Of a DNA stretch of 52,468 nucleotides, positions 32,442 to 40,810 are shown in pieces. The notes beneath the pieces are model-generated. The model was not told the DNA's origin, made no database searches, and saw only the letters and a list, made by a program, of their open reading frames with translations. The stretch's first letter is position 1; every line of letters starts with the position of its first letter. Origin of the DNA: Methylobacillus sp. (GTDB lineage: Bacteria; Pseudomonadota; Gammaproteobacteria; Burkholderiales; Methylophilaceae); NCBI GenBank assembly GCA_037445085.1, contig JBBILG010000002.1:1-52468 (forward strand), in the 5' to 3' direction. The translations under genes and the position numbers were made by a program.

Positions 32442-32758
32442 ATGCAGAAGACGCTGGACTCCGTACTCATCGACCGCGACGAGCACATCGAACTCGCCGC
32501 CCGCGCGCTCAAGGCGATTTCCCATCCGCTGCGCCTGAAGATACTGTGCGTGCTGGGCGACCAGGAGAAAAGCGTGCAGGACATCGTGGAAATGGTCGGC
32601 ACCACCCAGAGCAACATCTCCCAGCATCTGCCATCCTGCGTGACAAGGACGTCCTGCGCACGCGCAAGGATGCCAACCGCGTCTATTACCGGGTCGGAGA
32701 CCCGCGCACGCTCAGGCTGATCGGCCTGATGCGCGACGTGTTCTGCAGCGGCGACTGA
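32442..32758 (+). pseudogene. ArsR/SmtB-family regulator of the two-Cys YgaV/BigR/SqrR type, interrupted by a 1-nt frameshift
   Basis: Frame 0 reads MQKT...HPLRLKILCVLGDQEKSVQDIVEMVGTTQSNISQHL. After about 32630, frame 2 continues ILRDKDVLRTRKDANRVYYRVGDPRTLRLIGLMRDVFCSGD*. Restoring one base (CTG GCC ATC) gives a 105-aa winged-helix protein. Confidence 0.75.
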
Positions 32759-32794
32759 TGCCGTCGGCAGCCGTGTCCGACATGGTGCTTGAGT

Positions 32795-32826
32795 TTCTTA
32801 GTATATTAGAATATTCTAATTAAGAA
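32795..32826. promoter_or_regulatory. Palindromic operator overlapping the putative promoter of the RND operon
   Basis: Perfect 16-bp palindrome ATTAGAATATTCTAAT (32805-32820) flanked by TTCTTA / TAAGAA. Putative -35 TTGAGT (32789-32794), 17-nt spacer, -10 TATTCT (32812-32817). AT-rich island in a GC-rich genome. Confidence 0.5.
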
Positions 32827-32841
32827 ATTCGGGACCGCTTG

Positions 32842-33861
32842 ATGATGAAACACGCCATGCTGTTGTTGATGTTGCTGCCAGAGCCGGCCCTGGCAGCGCT
32901 GCCCTTCGCCACGGCCGAGGTGGCGCTGCGCCCGGTGGGCAGCGTCTATTCGGTCGAGGCGGTGGTGGAGGCGGGGCGCGAATCCACCCTGGCCGCCCAA
33001 GTGGCCGGCCGCATCGTGACGCTAACGGTGGATGCCGGCGATACGGTGAGGACGGGCCAGGTGCTGGTGCGCATCGACGACAGCGAGGCGAGGAACAGCA
33101 TCGCCGGCAACCAGGCCCGGGTGGCGCAGGCAGAGGCCGCCCTGGCCGATGCCAGGCAGCAGTACGAGCGCGCGCAGCGGCTGGTGGCGCGCAACTTCAT
33201 GAGCGCGGCGGCGCTGGATGGCGCCGAGGCGCAGTACAAGGCGGCGCAGGCCCGGCTCGCCGCGGCCGGGGCGGAGGTGGCGCAATCCTCCACCGCGCGG
33301 GGCTTTGCCACCATCACCGCGCCTTTCGGCGGCCTAGTCTCGGCGCGTCTCGCGCAGGTGGGGGAGATGGCCAGCCTGGGCCGCCCGCTGCTCACTCTGT
33401 TCGATCCCGCCACCCTCAGGGTGGTGGCATCCGTCCCGCAGGAACGTCTGGAAGCGGTGCGTCACGCCGGCCGTGCCAGCATCGAGCTGAGCGAGTCCGG
33501 CCGCTGGATCGACGCCACGTCCATCACCGTGCTGCCGGCCGCCGACAGCCGCACCCACGTCTCGCAGGTGCGGCTTGCGCTGCCGCGCGACGCGGCCGGC
33601 ATCCATCCCGGCATGTTCGCCCGCGTCCATTTCGCCGTCGGCGAAACGCGGCGCCTGCTGGTGCCCGCCACCGCCATTCTGCGCCGCAGCGAAGTGACGG
33701 CCGTCTACGTGGTGCAGGGCGAGCGCCTGCAGCTGCGTCAGGTGCGCTTGGGTTCTCCGCAAGGGGATGGTCACACCGAGGTGCTGGCCGGTCTCAGCCC
33801 CGGCGAGCGCGTCGCGCTGGATGCGGTGCAGGCCGGCATGTACCTGAAGCGGGCGCGTTGA
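32842..33861 (+). CDS. RND efflux periplasmic adaptor (membrane fusion protein, HlyD family)
   Basis: Signal/anchor, lipoyl-like motif (G..V..GQVLVRID), coiled-coil hairpin and a beta-barrel (ITAPFGGLV). Confidence 0.85.
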   Translation: MMKHAMLLLMLLPEPALAALPFATAEVALRPVGSVYSVEAVVEAGRESTLAAQVAGRIVTLTVDAGDTVRTGQVLVRIDDSEARNSIAGNQARVAQAEAALADARQQYERAQRLVARNFMSAAALDGAEAQYKAAQARLAAAGAEVAQSSTARGFATITAPFGGLVSARLAQVGEMASLGRPLLTLFDPATLRVVASVPQERLEAVRHAGRASIELSESGRWIDATSITVLPAADSRTHVSQVRLALPRDAAGIHPGMFARVHFAVGETRRLLVPATAILRRSEVTAVYVVQGERLQLRQVRLGSPQGDGHTEVLAGLSPGERVALDAVQAGMYLKRAR

Positions 33862-33862
33862 C

Positions 33863-36800
33863 GTGGGCGGTCCGGGCATTTCCGGGCGCATCGCCCGCAC
33901 TTTCCTGCAGTCGCAACTGACCCCGCTGCTGGCCCTGGCCATCCTGCTGCTCGGCCTGTTCGCCGTGCTGGTGACGCCGCGCGAGGAGGAGCCGCAGATC
34001 GACGTCACCATGGCCAACGTCTTCGTGCCTTTCCCCGGCGCCTCGGCCCGCGAGGTGGAGAGTCTCGTCAGCATCCCCGGCGAGCAGGTGCTCTCCCGCA
34101 TCCATGGCGTCGAGCACGTCTATTCGGTGTCGAGACCGGGCATGGCCATCATCACCGTGCAGTACGAGGTGGGCGAGGATCAGACCGAAGCCTTGGTCAG
34201 ACTCTACGATACGGTGCTGTCCAGGGGCGACTGGCTGTCGCCCGTGCTGGGCGCGGGCAAGCCAGTGATCAAGCCGGTCGGCATCGACGACGTGCCGGTG
34301 GTCGCGCTCACCTTGTGGACGGACGATCCCGCGCGCGGCGCCTTCGATCTGGAGCGCGTGGCCCACGCGATGGAAATCGAACTCAAGCGCATCGCCGGCG
34401 TGCGCGAGGTCAGTACCATCGGTGGCCCGGGCAACGCGGTGCGCGTGCTGCTGGACGCGACACGCCTGGTGTCTTACGGTGTGTCGGTGCAGGATGTGCG
34501 CGACGCGCTGCGATCCGCCAACGCCGCGCTGCCGGCCGGACGCCTGGTGACGGACAACCGCGAAATCCTGGTGGAGACCGGCACTTTCCTTGCCGGCGCC
34601 GACGACGTGCGCAGACTGATGCTGGGGGTGCACGACGGCAAGCCGGTGTTCATCACCGATGTCGCCGAGGTGGTGGATGGCCCCGAGCAGCCGGAGCGCT
34701 ACGTCTGGCTGGGCACCGGCCAAGCGGCTGCCGGCAAGGGCATCGCCGCGCGCGGCGAGTTCCCCGCAGTGACGCTGGCAATCGCCAAGAAGCCGGGCGA
34801 GAATGCCGTCGACATCGCCCGCGCCGTGATCGAACGCGCCGAGCAGCTGCGCGGCACGCTGATCCCGGACGGCGTGGAACTCACGGTGACGCGCAATTAC
34901 GGCGAAACCGCCAACGAGAAGGCGATGACGCTGATGGGCAAGCTGGTTCTCGCCACCGGCTCGGTGGTGCTGCTGGTGCTGTTCACGCTGGGCCGGCGCG
35001 ATGCGGTGGTGGTGGGCGCGGCGGTGCTGCTCACGCTGGCGGCGACGCTGTTCGCTTCCTGGGCGTGGGGTTTCACCCTCAACCGCGTGTCGTTGTTCGC
35101 GCTGATTTTCTCCATCGGCATTCTGGTCGACGATGCCATCGTGGTGGTCGAAAACATTCATCGTCGTCGCCAGATGGAGCCGCACCGTTCCTTGACCGAA
35201 GTGATCCCGGATGCGGTGGACGAAGTGGGCGGCCCCACCATACTCGCCACCTTGACCGTGATCGCCGCGCTCTTGCCCATGGCCTTCGTCTCCGGCCTGA
35301 TGGGGCCGTACATGAGCCCCATCCCCATCAATGCCAGCTTCGGCATGCTCATCTCGCTCGCCATTGCCTTCGTCGTCACGCCCTGGCTCAGCTGCAAGCT
35401 GCTCGGCCGGCATGCGGCGCACGTCCCCGCGCAGGCGCACGGCGAGGATCGCCTGCAACGCGTATTCCAGCGCCTGCTCATGCCCTTCCTCGGCGGCGCC
35501 GCCGGCAGGATGCGGCGGCGCCTGCTCGGACTGGCGGTGCTGCTGCTGATCGGGCTGTCGCTGTCGTTCGCAGCCCTGCAGCTGGTGGTGCTGAAGATGC
35601 TGCCGTTCGACAACAAGTCGGAGTTTCAGGTGGTGGTGGACATGCCGGCGGGCACGCCGCTGGAAAAGACCGCGGCGGTGCTGCGTGACATGGGCGCCTA
35701 CCTCGCCACGGTGCCGGAAGTGACCGACTACCAGGCCTACGCTGGTACCGCCTCGCCCATTCACTTCAACGGCCTGGTGCGCCAGTACTTCCTGCGCAGC
35801 GGGCCGGAAGTGGGGGACATCCAGGTCAACCTGGTCGGCAAGCGCGAGCGCGAGCGGCAAAGCCACGAGATCGCCGGCGCCGTGCGCCCGGAACTCGAAC
35901 GCATCGCCGACCGCCATGGCGCCGACCTCAAGATCGTCGAGGTGCCGCCCGGCCCGCCGGTCTTGTCGCCCATCGTCGCCGAAATCTACGGGCCCGACCA
36001 CGAAGGGCAGATGCGCGTGGCCAGGCAGGTGCGGCGCGCCTTCGAAGAGACTCCCGACATCGTGTTCATCGACGACAGCGTGGAGGAGGATGCGGAAAGG
36101 CTGCTGCTGCGCGTGCAGCAGACCAAGGCCACGCTGCTGGGCGTGTCGCAGAAGGACATCGTCGAGACCGTGAGGATGGCGCTCTCCGGCGAATACGTGA
36201 CGCCCCTGCACAGTCCGGGCGCCAAGTACGAGGTGCCGGTGCGCATCGCCCTGCCGCCGGAACGTCTCAACGACCTGGACGAGCTGCTCAAGCTGCGGGT
36301 GCGTGCCCGCGATGGCGCGCTGGTGCCGCTGTCGGCACTGGTGGAGGCGCAGCCCCGGCAGCGCGAGCAGACCATCCACCGCAAGGACCTGTTGCCGGTG
36401 GTCTATGTGGTGGGCGACGTGGCGGGCAAGCTGGACAGCCCCTTGTACGGCATGTTCGACATCCGTTCCACCCTCCGGGGCATGCCCCTGGCGGAGGGCG
36501 GGACCTTGCGCGAGCACTGGATCGCCCCGCCGGCAGATCCTTATGCCGGCTACAGCATCAAGTGGGACGGCGAGTGGCAGATCACCTACGAGACTTTCCG
36601 CGACATGGGGCTGGCTTACGCGGTGGGGCTGATCCTCATCTACCTCCTGGTGGTGGCCGAGTTCCGTTCGTATCTCACGCCGCTCATCATCATGGCGCCG
36701 ATTCCGCTCACCGTGATCGGCGTCATGCCCGGCCACGCCCTCCTGGGCGCGCAGTTTACCGCCACGTCCATGATCGGCATGATTGCGCTGGCCGGTATCA

Positions 36801-37090
36801 TCGTGCGCAACTCCATCCTGCTGGTGGATTTCATCAACCAGCAGATGGCGGCAGGTGCAGACTTCCAGCAGGCGGTGATCCGTGCCGGCGGCGTGCGCGC
36901 CAGGCCCATCGTCCTCACCGGCCTGGCGGCCATGATCGGCGCGTTCTTCATCCTGGACGACCCGATCTTCAACGGGCTGGCCATCTCGCTGATCTTCGGC
37001 ATCCTGGTATCCACCCTGCTGACCCTGGTGGTGATTCCGGTGCTGTACTACGCCTTCCACTACAAACGCTTCGAGAGGAGTGCCTCATGA
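33863..37090 (+). CDS. RND efflux permease (AcrB/AcrD/AcrF superfamily)
   Basis: 1075 aa with 12 TM segments and two large periplasmic loops. N-terminus IARTFLQSQLTPLLALAILLLGL. The GTG start is 2 nt after the adaptor stop. Confidence 0.92.
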   Translation: MGGPGISGRIARTFLQSQLTPLLALAILLLGLFAVLVTPREEEPQIDVTMANVFVPFPGASAREVESLVSIPGEQVLSRIHGVEHVYSVSRPGMAIITVQYEVGEDQTEALVRLYDTVLSRGDWLSPVLGAGKPVIKPVGIDDVPVVALTLWTDDPARGAFDLERVAHAMEIELKRIAGVREVSTIGGPGNAVRVLLDATRLVSYGVSVQDVRDALRSANAALPAGRLVTDNREILVETGTFLAGADDVRRLMLGVHDGKPVFITDVAEVVDGPEQPERYVWLGTGQAAAGKGIAARGEFPAVTLAIAKKPGENAVDIARAVIERAEQLRGTLIPDGVELTVTRNYGETANEKAMTLMGKLVLATGSVVLLVLFTLGRRDAVVVGAAVLLTLAATLFASWAWGFTLNRVSLFALIFSIGILVDDAIVVVENIHRRRQMEPHRSLTEVIPDAVDEVGGPTILATLTVIAALLPMAFVSGLMGPYMSPIPINASFGMLISLAIAFVVTPWLSCKLLGRHAAHVPAQAHGEDRLQRVFQRLLMPFLGGAAGRMRRRLLGLAVLLLIGLSLSFAALQLVVLKMLPFDNKSEFQVVVDMPAGTPLEKTAAVLRDMGAYLATVPEVTDYQAYAGTASPIHFNGLVRQYFLRSGPEVGDIQVNLVGKRERERQSHEIAGAVRPELERIADRHGADLKIVEVPPGPPVLSPIVAEIYGPDHEGQMRVARQVRRAFEETPDIVFIDDSVEEDAERLLLRVQQTKATLLGVSQKDIVETVRMALSGEYVTPLHSPGAKYEVPVRIALPPERLNDLDELLKLRVRARDGALVPLSALVEAQPRQREQTIHRKDLLPVVYVVGDVAGKLDSPLYGMFDIRSTLRGMPLAEGGTLREHWIAPPADPYAGYSIKWDGEWQITYETFRDMGLAYAVGLILIYLLVVAEFRSYLTPLIIMAPIPLTVIGVMPGHALLGAQFTATSMIGMIALAGIIVRNSILLVDFINQQMAAGADFQQAVIRAGGVRARPIVLTGLAAMIGAFFILDDPIFNGLAISLIFGILVSTLLTLVVIPVLYYAFHYKRFERSAS

Positions 37091-37293
37091 CCATCAACCG
37101 CGTCGTGCGCAGCGTCGCCGGGTTCTTCATCCTGCTTTCTCTGGCGCTGGCCCATGTCCACGGTCAGGCGGATCTCACCCGGCTGTCCTGGCTGTGGTTC
37201 ACCGCCTTCGTCGGTGCCAACCTGTTGCAGAGCGGCTTCACCAACTGGTGCCCGCTGGATAAGATACTGGGTCGGCTCGGTCTGAAGAACTGA
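37087..37293 (+). CDS. DUF2892 (YgaP-like two-TM) membrane protein
   Basis: 68 aa. RSVAGFFILLSLAL...FVGANLLQSGFTNWCPLDKIL is the DUF2892 signature. The ATG overlaps the RND stop (ATGA). Confidence 0.75.
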   Translation: MTINRVVRSVAGFFILLSLALAHVHGQADLTRLSWLWFTAFVGANLLQSGFTNWCPLDKILGRLGLKN

Positions 37294-37332
37294 ACCAGGT
37301 GCGTGTGCATCCCCCCATCAAGGAGACTGATC

Positions 37333-37740
37333 TTGGATTTTCTGTTGAACAACATCGTCTGGGTACTGCTGGCCGTGATTTCCGGCGCCATGCTGCTGTG
37401 GCCGCTGCTCAACCGCAGCGGCGCGCGCGAACTGTCGCCGCAGGAGGCGGTGCTGCTGATCAACCGCGAGCATCCGCTGGTGCTGGACGTGCGCGAGGAA
37501 AAGGAATTCCTCGCCGGCCACATTGCCGACGCCCGTAACATTCCGCTGGCGCGGCTCAAGGAGCGGCTGGACGAACTGGCGAAGTACCGGCAGAAACCAC
37601 TGCTGGTGAACTGCCTGTCCGGCGTGCGCACCCTTGGCGTCTGCGCGACGCTGCAATCCGCCGGCTTCGAGCGGGTCTATGTGCTCAAGGGTGGCATCCA
37701 TGCCTGGCGTCAGGCCAATCTGCCGCTGGTGAAGGATTGA
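37333..37740 (+). CDS. Membrane-anchored single-domain rhodanese (YibN-like sulfurtransferase)
   Basis: N-terminal TM (IVWVLLAVISGAMLLWP) and a rhodanese domain with active-site loop CLSGVR. TTG at 37333 follows an AGGAG RBS. An in-frame ATG at 37303 is the alternative start. Confidence 0.8.
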   Translation: MDFLLNNIVWVLLAVISGAMLLWPLLNRSGARELSPQEAVLLINREHPLVLDVREEKEFLAGHIADARNIPLARLKERLDELAKYRQKPLLVNCLSGVRTLGVCATLQSAGFERVYVLKGGIHAWRQANLPLVKD

Positions 37741-37747
37741 ACGGAGC

Positions 37748-38005
37748 ATGCCGCACGTCCTGATGTACACGGCGGGCTACTGCCCCTATTGCAGGCACGC
37801 CGAGCGCCTGCTGGCGAGCAAGGGGATCACCGACATCGACCGGGTGCGCGTCGATGTCGAGCCGGAACGGCGCGCCGAAATGATGGCAAGGACCGGCCGC
37901 CGCACCGTGCCGCAAATCTACATCGGCGGGCGCCATGTCGGCGGCTTCGACGACCTCTGCGCGCTGGACCGTACCGGCGAGCTGGACGCGCTGCTGGCCT
38001 CGTGA
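37748..38005 (+). CDS. grxC: Glutaredoxin 3
   Basis: CPYC active site and TVPQIYIGGRHVGGFDD motif. Length is 85 aa. Confidence 0.92.
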   Translation: MPHVLMYTAGYCPYCRHAERLLASKGITDIDRVRVDVEPERRAEMMARTGRRTVPQIYIGGRHVGGFDDLCALDRTGELDALLAS

Positions 38006-38006
38006 A

Positions 38007-38050
38007 GCCGCGGCCCGCCACGAAACCGGGGCGGTTTGCGGGCGGCTTTT
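38007..38050 (+). terminator. Possible rho-independent terminator or attenuating hairpin after grxC
   Basis: Long bulged hairpin: GCCGC..CCGC / GCGG..GCGGC with inner AAACCG-GGG-CGGTTT, followed by TTTT (38047-38050). Confidence 0.45.
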
Positions 38051-38127
38051 AAAAACGGCGGATAAGCGGCTAGAATAGCGGGCTCATCGACCGCTTCCAT
38101 CCACAACCCCATTGATTAGGAATCCCC

Positions 38128-38619
38128 ATGGCAGAAGAGCAGCAAGGCCAGGCGCCGCAGGCGGCCGGGCAGGAGCAGGACGCCCCGGTGTTCGGCATCG
38201 AGAAAATCTACGTCAAGGATGCATCGCTGGAAGTGCCCAACGCGCCGCAGATCTTCCTGCAACGCGAGGCGCCGCAGGTCGGCATCGAGCTGCGCAACGC
38301 CGCCAGCCAGATCGACGACGGCATCTACGAGGCGGTGGTTACCGTGACCGTCACTTCCAGGATCGAGGACAAGACCGTGTTCCTGGTGGAAGTGAATCAG
38401 GCCGGCATTTTTCAGATCCGCAACGTGCCCGGCGACAACATCGAGATCATCCTGGCCGTGGCCTGCCCCAACATTCTCTACCCCTACGCGCGCGAGACGG
38501 TGTCCGACCTGGTCACCCGCGCCGGCTTCCCGCCGGTGTTGCTCAACCCGATCAACTTCGAGGCGCTGTACGCCCAGCAGAGGCAGCAGCAGGCCGCCGC
38601 CGGTGAAGCTGCGCACTGA
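38128..38619 (+). CDS. secB: Protein-export chaperone SecB
   Basis: FGIEKIYVKDASLEVPNAPQIF and NILYPYARE motifs. Confidence 0.95.
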   Translation: MAEEQQGQAPQAAGQEQDAPVFGIEKIYVKDASLEVPNAPQIFLQREAPQVGIELRNAASQIDDGIYEAVVTVTVTSRIEDKTVFLVEVNQAGIFQIRNVPGDNIEIILAVACPNILYPYARETVSDLVTRAGFPPVLLNPINFEALYAQQRQQQAAAGEAAH

Positions 38620-39049
38620 AATCGCCGCCATCGTCGCGGTCCTCCTGCTGCCGGCGGGTGCCTGGGCGGCCGATTTTCGCAGCGTCGCCGCGCCCCGCGC
38701 GGTGCTCTACGACGCGCCGTCCGCGCAGGGCAGGAAGCTCTACGTGGTCAGCCAGCACTACCCGCTGGAGGTGGTGGTCAACCTTGGCGACTGGATCAAG
38801 GTGCGCGACGCCGGCGGCGCCGTCACCTGGATCGAGGCCGCCCACCTCACGGATCGTTGCTGTGTGCTGGTGCGGGTTGAGCAGGCCGACGTGCGTGCGA
38901 CGGCCGACGTCTCGGCGCCGCCGCTGTTCCGTGCCGGCCGCGACGTGGTGCTGGAACTGCTGGAAGTCGCCCCTCCCGGCTGGGTCAGGGTACGTCATCG
39001 CGACGGGCTGAGCGGCTACGTGCGGGTCACCGACGTGTGGGGCGTATGA
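38603..39049 (+). CDS. Secreted bacterial SH3-domain protein
   Basis: Signal peptide (LLLPAGAWA) and two SH3_3-like halves (LYVVSQHYPLEVVVNLGDWIKVRD; GWVRVRHRDGLSGYV). GTG start inside the secB 3' end; the stop overlaps the gpsA ATG. Confidence 0.6.
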   Translation: MKLRTEIAAIVAVLLLPAGAWAADFRSVAAPRAVLYDAPSAQGRKLYVVSQHYPLEVVVNLGDWIKVRDAGGAVTWIEAAHLTDRCCVLVRVEQADVRATADVSAPPLFRAGRDVVLELLEVAPPGWVRVRHRDGLSGYVRVTDVWGV

Positions 39050-40035
39050 ACGTCGCCGTACTCGGCGCGGGCGCCTGGGGCACCGCGCTGGCCATTCACA
39101 TCGCCCACCGGCACCCCGTCACCCTGTGGGCGCGCAATGCCGCCCAGGTTGCCGCCATGCAAGCCGAACGCGCCAACCGGCGCTACCTGGGCGACTACCC
39201 CTTCCCCGAACGGCTGCAGCTCGGCAGCGATCTCGCCGCCGCCCTGGCCGGCGCCGACATGGTGCTGTCAGTGGTACCCACTTCCGGCCTGCGCGACGTG
39301 CTGCGCAGCATCCGCGCGTCGGGCTGCCGGGCGCCGGTGCTATGGGCCTGCAAGGGGCTGGAAACCGGCAGCGCCAAGCTGTTGCCGGAACTTGCCGCCG
39401 AGGAACTGCCCGCCGGCCATCCGTGGGGCATTGCGTCCGGTCCCAATTTCGCCAGCGAGGTGGCGCGCGGCCTGCCCGCCGGCATGACGCTGGCCTCGCG
39501 GGACGAGGGCTTCGCACGGGCCGCCGCCGCCGTGCTGCACGGCGGCCATCTGCGCGTGTACACCACCGATGACGTGGTCGGCGTCGCCGTCGGCGGCGCG
39601 GTCAAGAACGTCATGGCCATCGCTGCCGGCATCAGCGACGGCATGGGCTTTGGCAACAACGCGCGCGCCGCGCTGATCACGCGTGGCCTGGCCGAGATCA
39701 CCCGCTTCGGTCTCGCCCTCGGCGGCCGTCAGGAAACCTTCATGGGACTGGCCGGCGCCGGCGATCTCATCCTCACCTGCACCGGCGACGCCTCGCGCAA
39801 CCGCACGGTGGGCCTGCGTCTGGCGGGCGGCGAGAGCCTGCAGCAGATCATCGGTTCGCTCGGTCATGTGGCGGAAGGCGTCAACACCGCGCGCGCCGTG
39901 CTCGACCGCGCCCGCGCCCTGGGCGTGGAGATGCCCATCACCGAAGAGGTGGTCAAGGTGCTGTTCGAGGACAAGGCACCGCGCGCGGCGGTGGAAGACC
40001 TGCTGCGGCGCGAGCAGAAGGCGGAAAACCATTGA
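39046..40035 (+). CDS. gpsA: NAD(P)H-dependent glycerol-3-phosphate dehydrogenase
   Basis: VLGAGAWGTALA Rossmann motif and GAVKNV / NRTVG motifs. Confidence 0.95.
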   Translation: MNVAVLGAGAWGTALAIHIAHRHPVTLWARNAAQVAAMQAERANRRYLGDYPFPERLQLGSDLAAALAGADMVLSVVPTSGLRDVLRSIRASGCRAPVLWACKGLETGSAKLLPELAAEELPAGHPWGIASGPNFASEVARGLPAGMTLASRDEGFARAAAAVLHGGHLRVYTTDDVVGVAVGGAVKNVMAIAAGISDGMGFGNNARAALITRGLAEITRFGLALGGRQETFMGLAGAGDLILTCTGDASRNRTVGLRLAGGESLQQIIGSLGHVAEGVNTARAVLDRARALGVEMPITEEVVKVLFEDKAPRAAVEDLLRREQKAENH

Positions 40036-40061
40036 TGCCCCGCGTGGTTGCAACACGCGGG

Positions 40062-40790
40062 TCAGGTTCTCGGAGTGCGGGCCACGGCCCAGCACTCCAC
40101 GTGCGCGGCACCGGCAGCCTTGACTGCGCGCGCCAGGGCGTCCAGACTGGCGCCGCTGGTCATGACGTCGTCCAGCAGGGCGATATGCCGGCCGCGCAGG
40201 TCGGCCTGGCAGGCGAACACGCCGCGCATGTTGCGGCGGCGCTGCTCCAGCGTGAGTCCGGCCTGCGGCGGCGTGTGGCGCGTGCGGCTGCACGCGCGGG
40301 TGGCGAGCGTCACGTCCAGGCGGCACGCCACCACACGGGCGATTTCCAGCGCTTGGTTGTAGCCGCGCTCGCGCAGCCGCTGCGGATGCAGCGGCATGGG
40401 GATGACGGCATCCGGCAGCGGGCGCCCGCCAAGGCCGGTCAGCAGCAGCTCCGCCAACGGCTCGGCCATGGTGATCAGGCCGTCGTACTTGTAGCGCTGC
40501 AGCAGGGCATCGACGGGGAAGGCGTAATCCAGCACGGTAACGGTGGCGTCGAAGGCAGGCGGCTGTTGCAGGCAGGCGCCGCACACCTGCCCGCCCGGGG
40601 CTGGCAGCGCGCACACCGGGCAGGCTGGCGCGTCATGCCAGGGCAGGTCGGCGCAACAGGCGGCACAGAAGGCATGGGCCCCGGACGCTCCGGCGCACAG
40701 CAGGCATTGTTGCGGCAGCAGGGATTGCTTAATTGTTGAGCTAATGTCAACCAATTGCGCTAGCATATTTGACAAGCTATAATCCGCCAT
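40062..40790 (-). CDS. comF: ComF-family protein (amidophosphoribosyltransferase-like)
   Basis: N-terminal Cys clusters (CLLC...CAAC, CPVC...CGAC) and the PRTase motif LLDDVMTSGAS. The start is uncertain; ATG 40766 and TTG 40754 are alternatives. Confidence 0.8.
   Translation of the reverse strand: MADYSLSNMLAQLVDISSTIKQSLLPQQCLLCAGASGAHAFCAACCADLPWHDAPACPVCALPAPGGQVCGACLQQPPAFDATVTVLDYAFPVDALLQRYKYDGLITMAEPLAELLLTGLGGRPLPDAVIPMPLHPQRLRERGYNQALEIARVVACRLDVTLATRACSRTRHTPPQAGLTLEQRRRNMRGVFACQADLRGRHIALLDDVMTSGASLDALARAVKAAGAAHVECWAVARTPRT
40745..40783 (+). promoter_or_regulatory. BirA-type biotin operator overlapping the bio operon promoter
   Basis: TGTCAACC (40745-40752), N14, ATTTGACA (40767-40774), versus the expected inverted repeat TGTMAACC...GGTTKACA. 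-35 TTGCGC (40755-40760), 17-nt spacer, -10 TATAAT (40778-40783). Confidence 0.5.
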
Positions 40791-40810
40791 CCACAGGAGA
40801 GTCTACAATT

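Noticed and set aside
33794-37060. 1088-aa ORF on the minus strand, antisense to the RND permease.
   Set aside because: Its composition is Arg/Gly/His/Ala/Asp-rich and low in complexity, with no recognisable motif. The plus strand encodes a textbook 12-TM RND protein. This is a typical stop-codon-poor antisense frame of GC-rich DNA.
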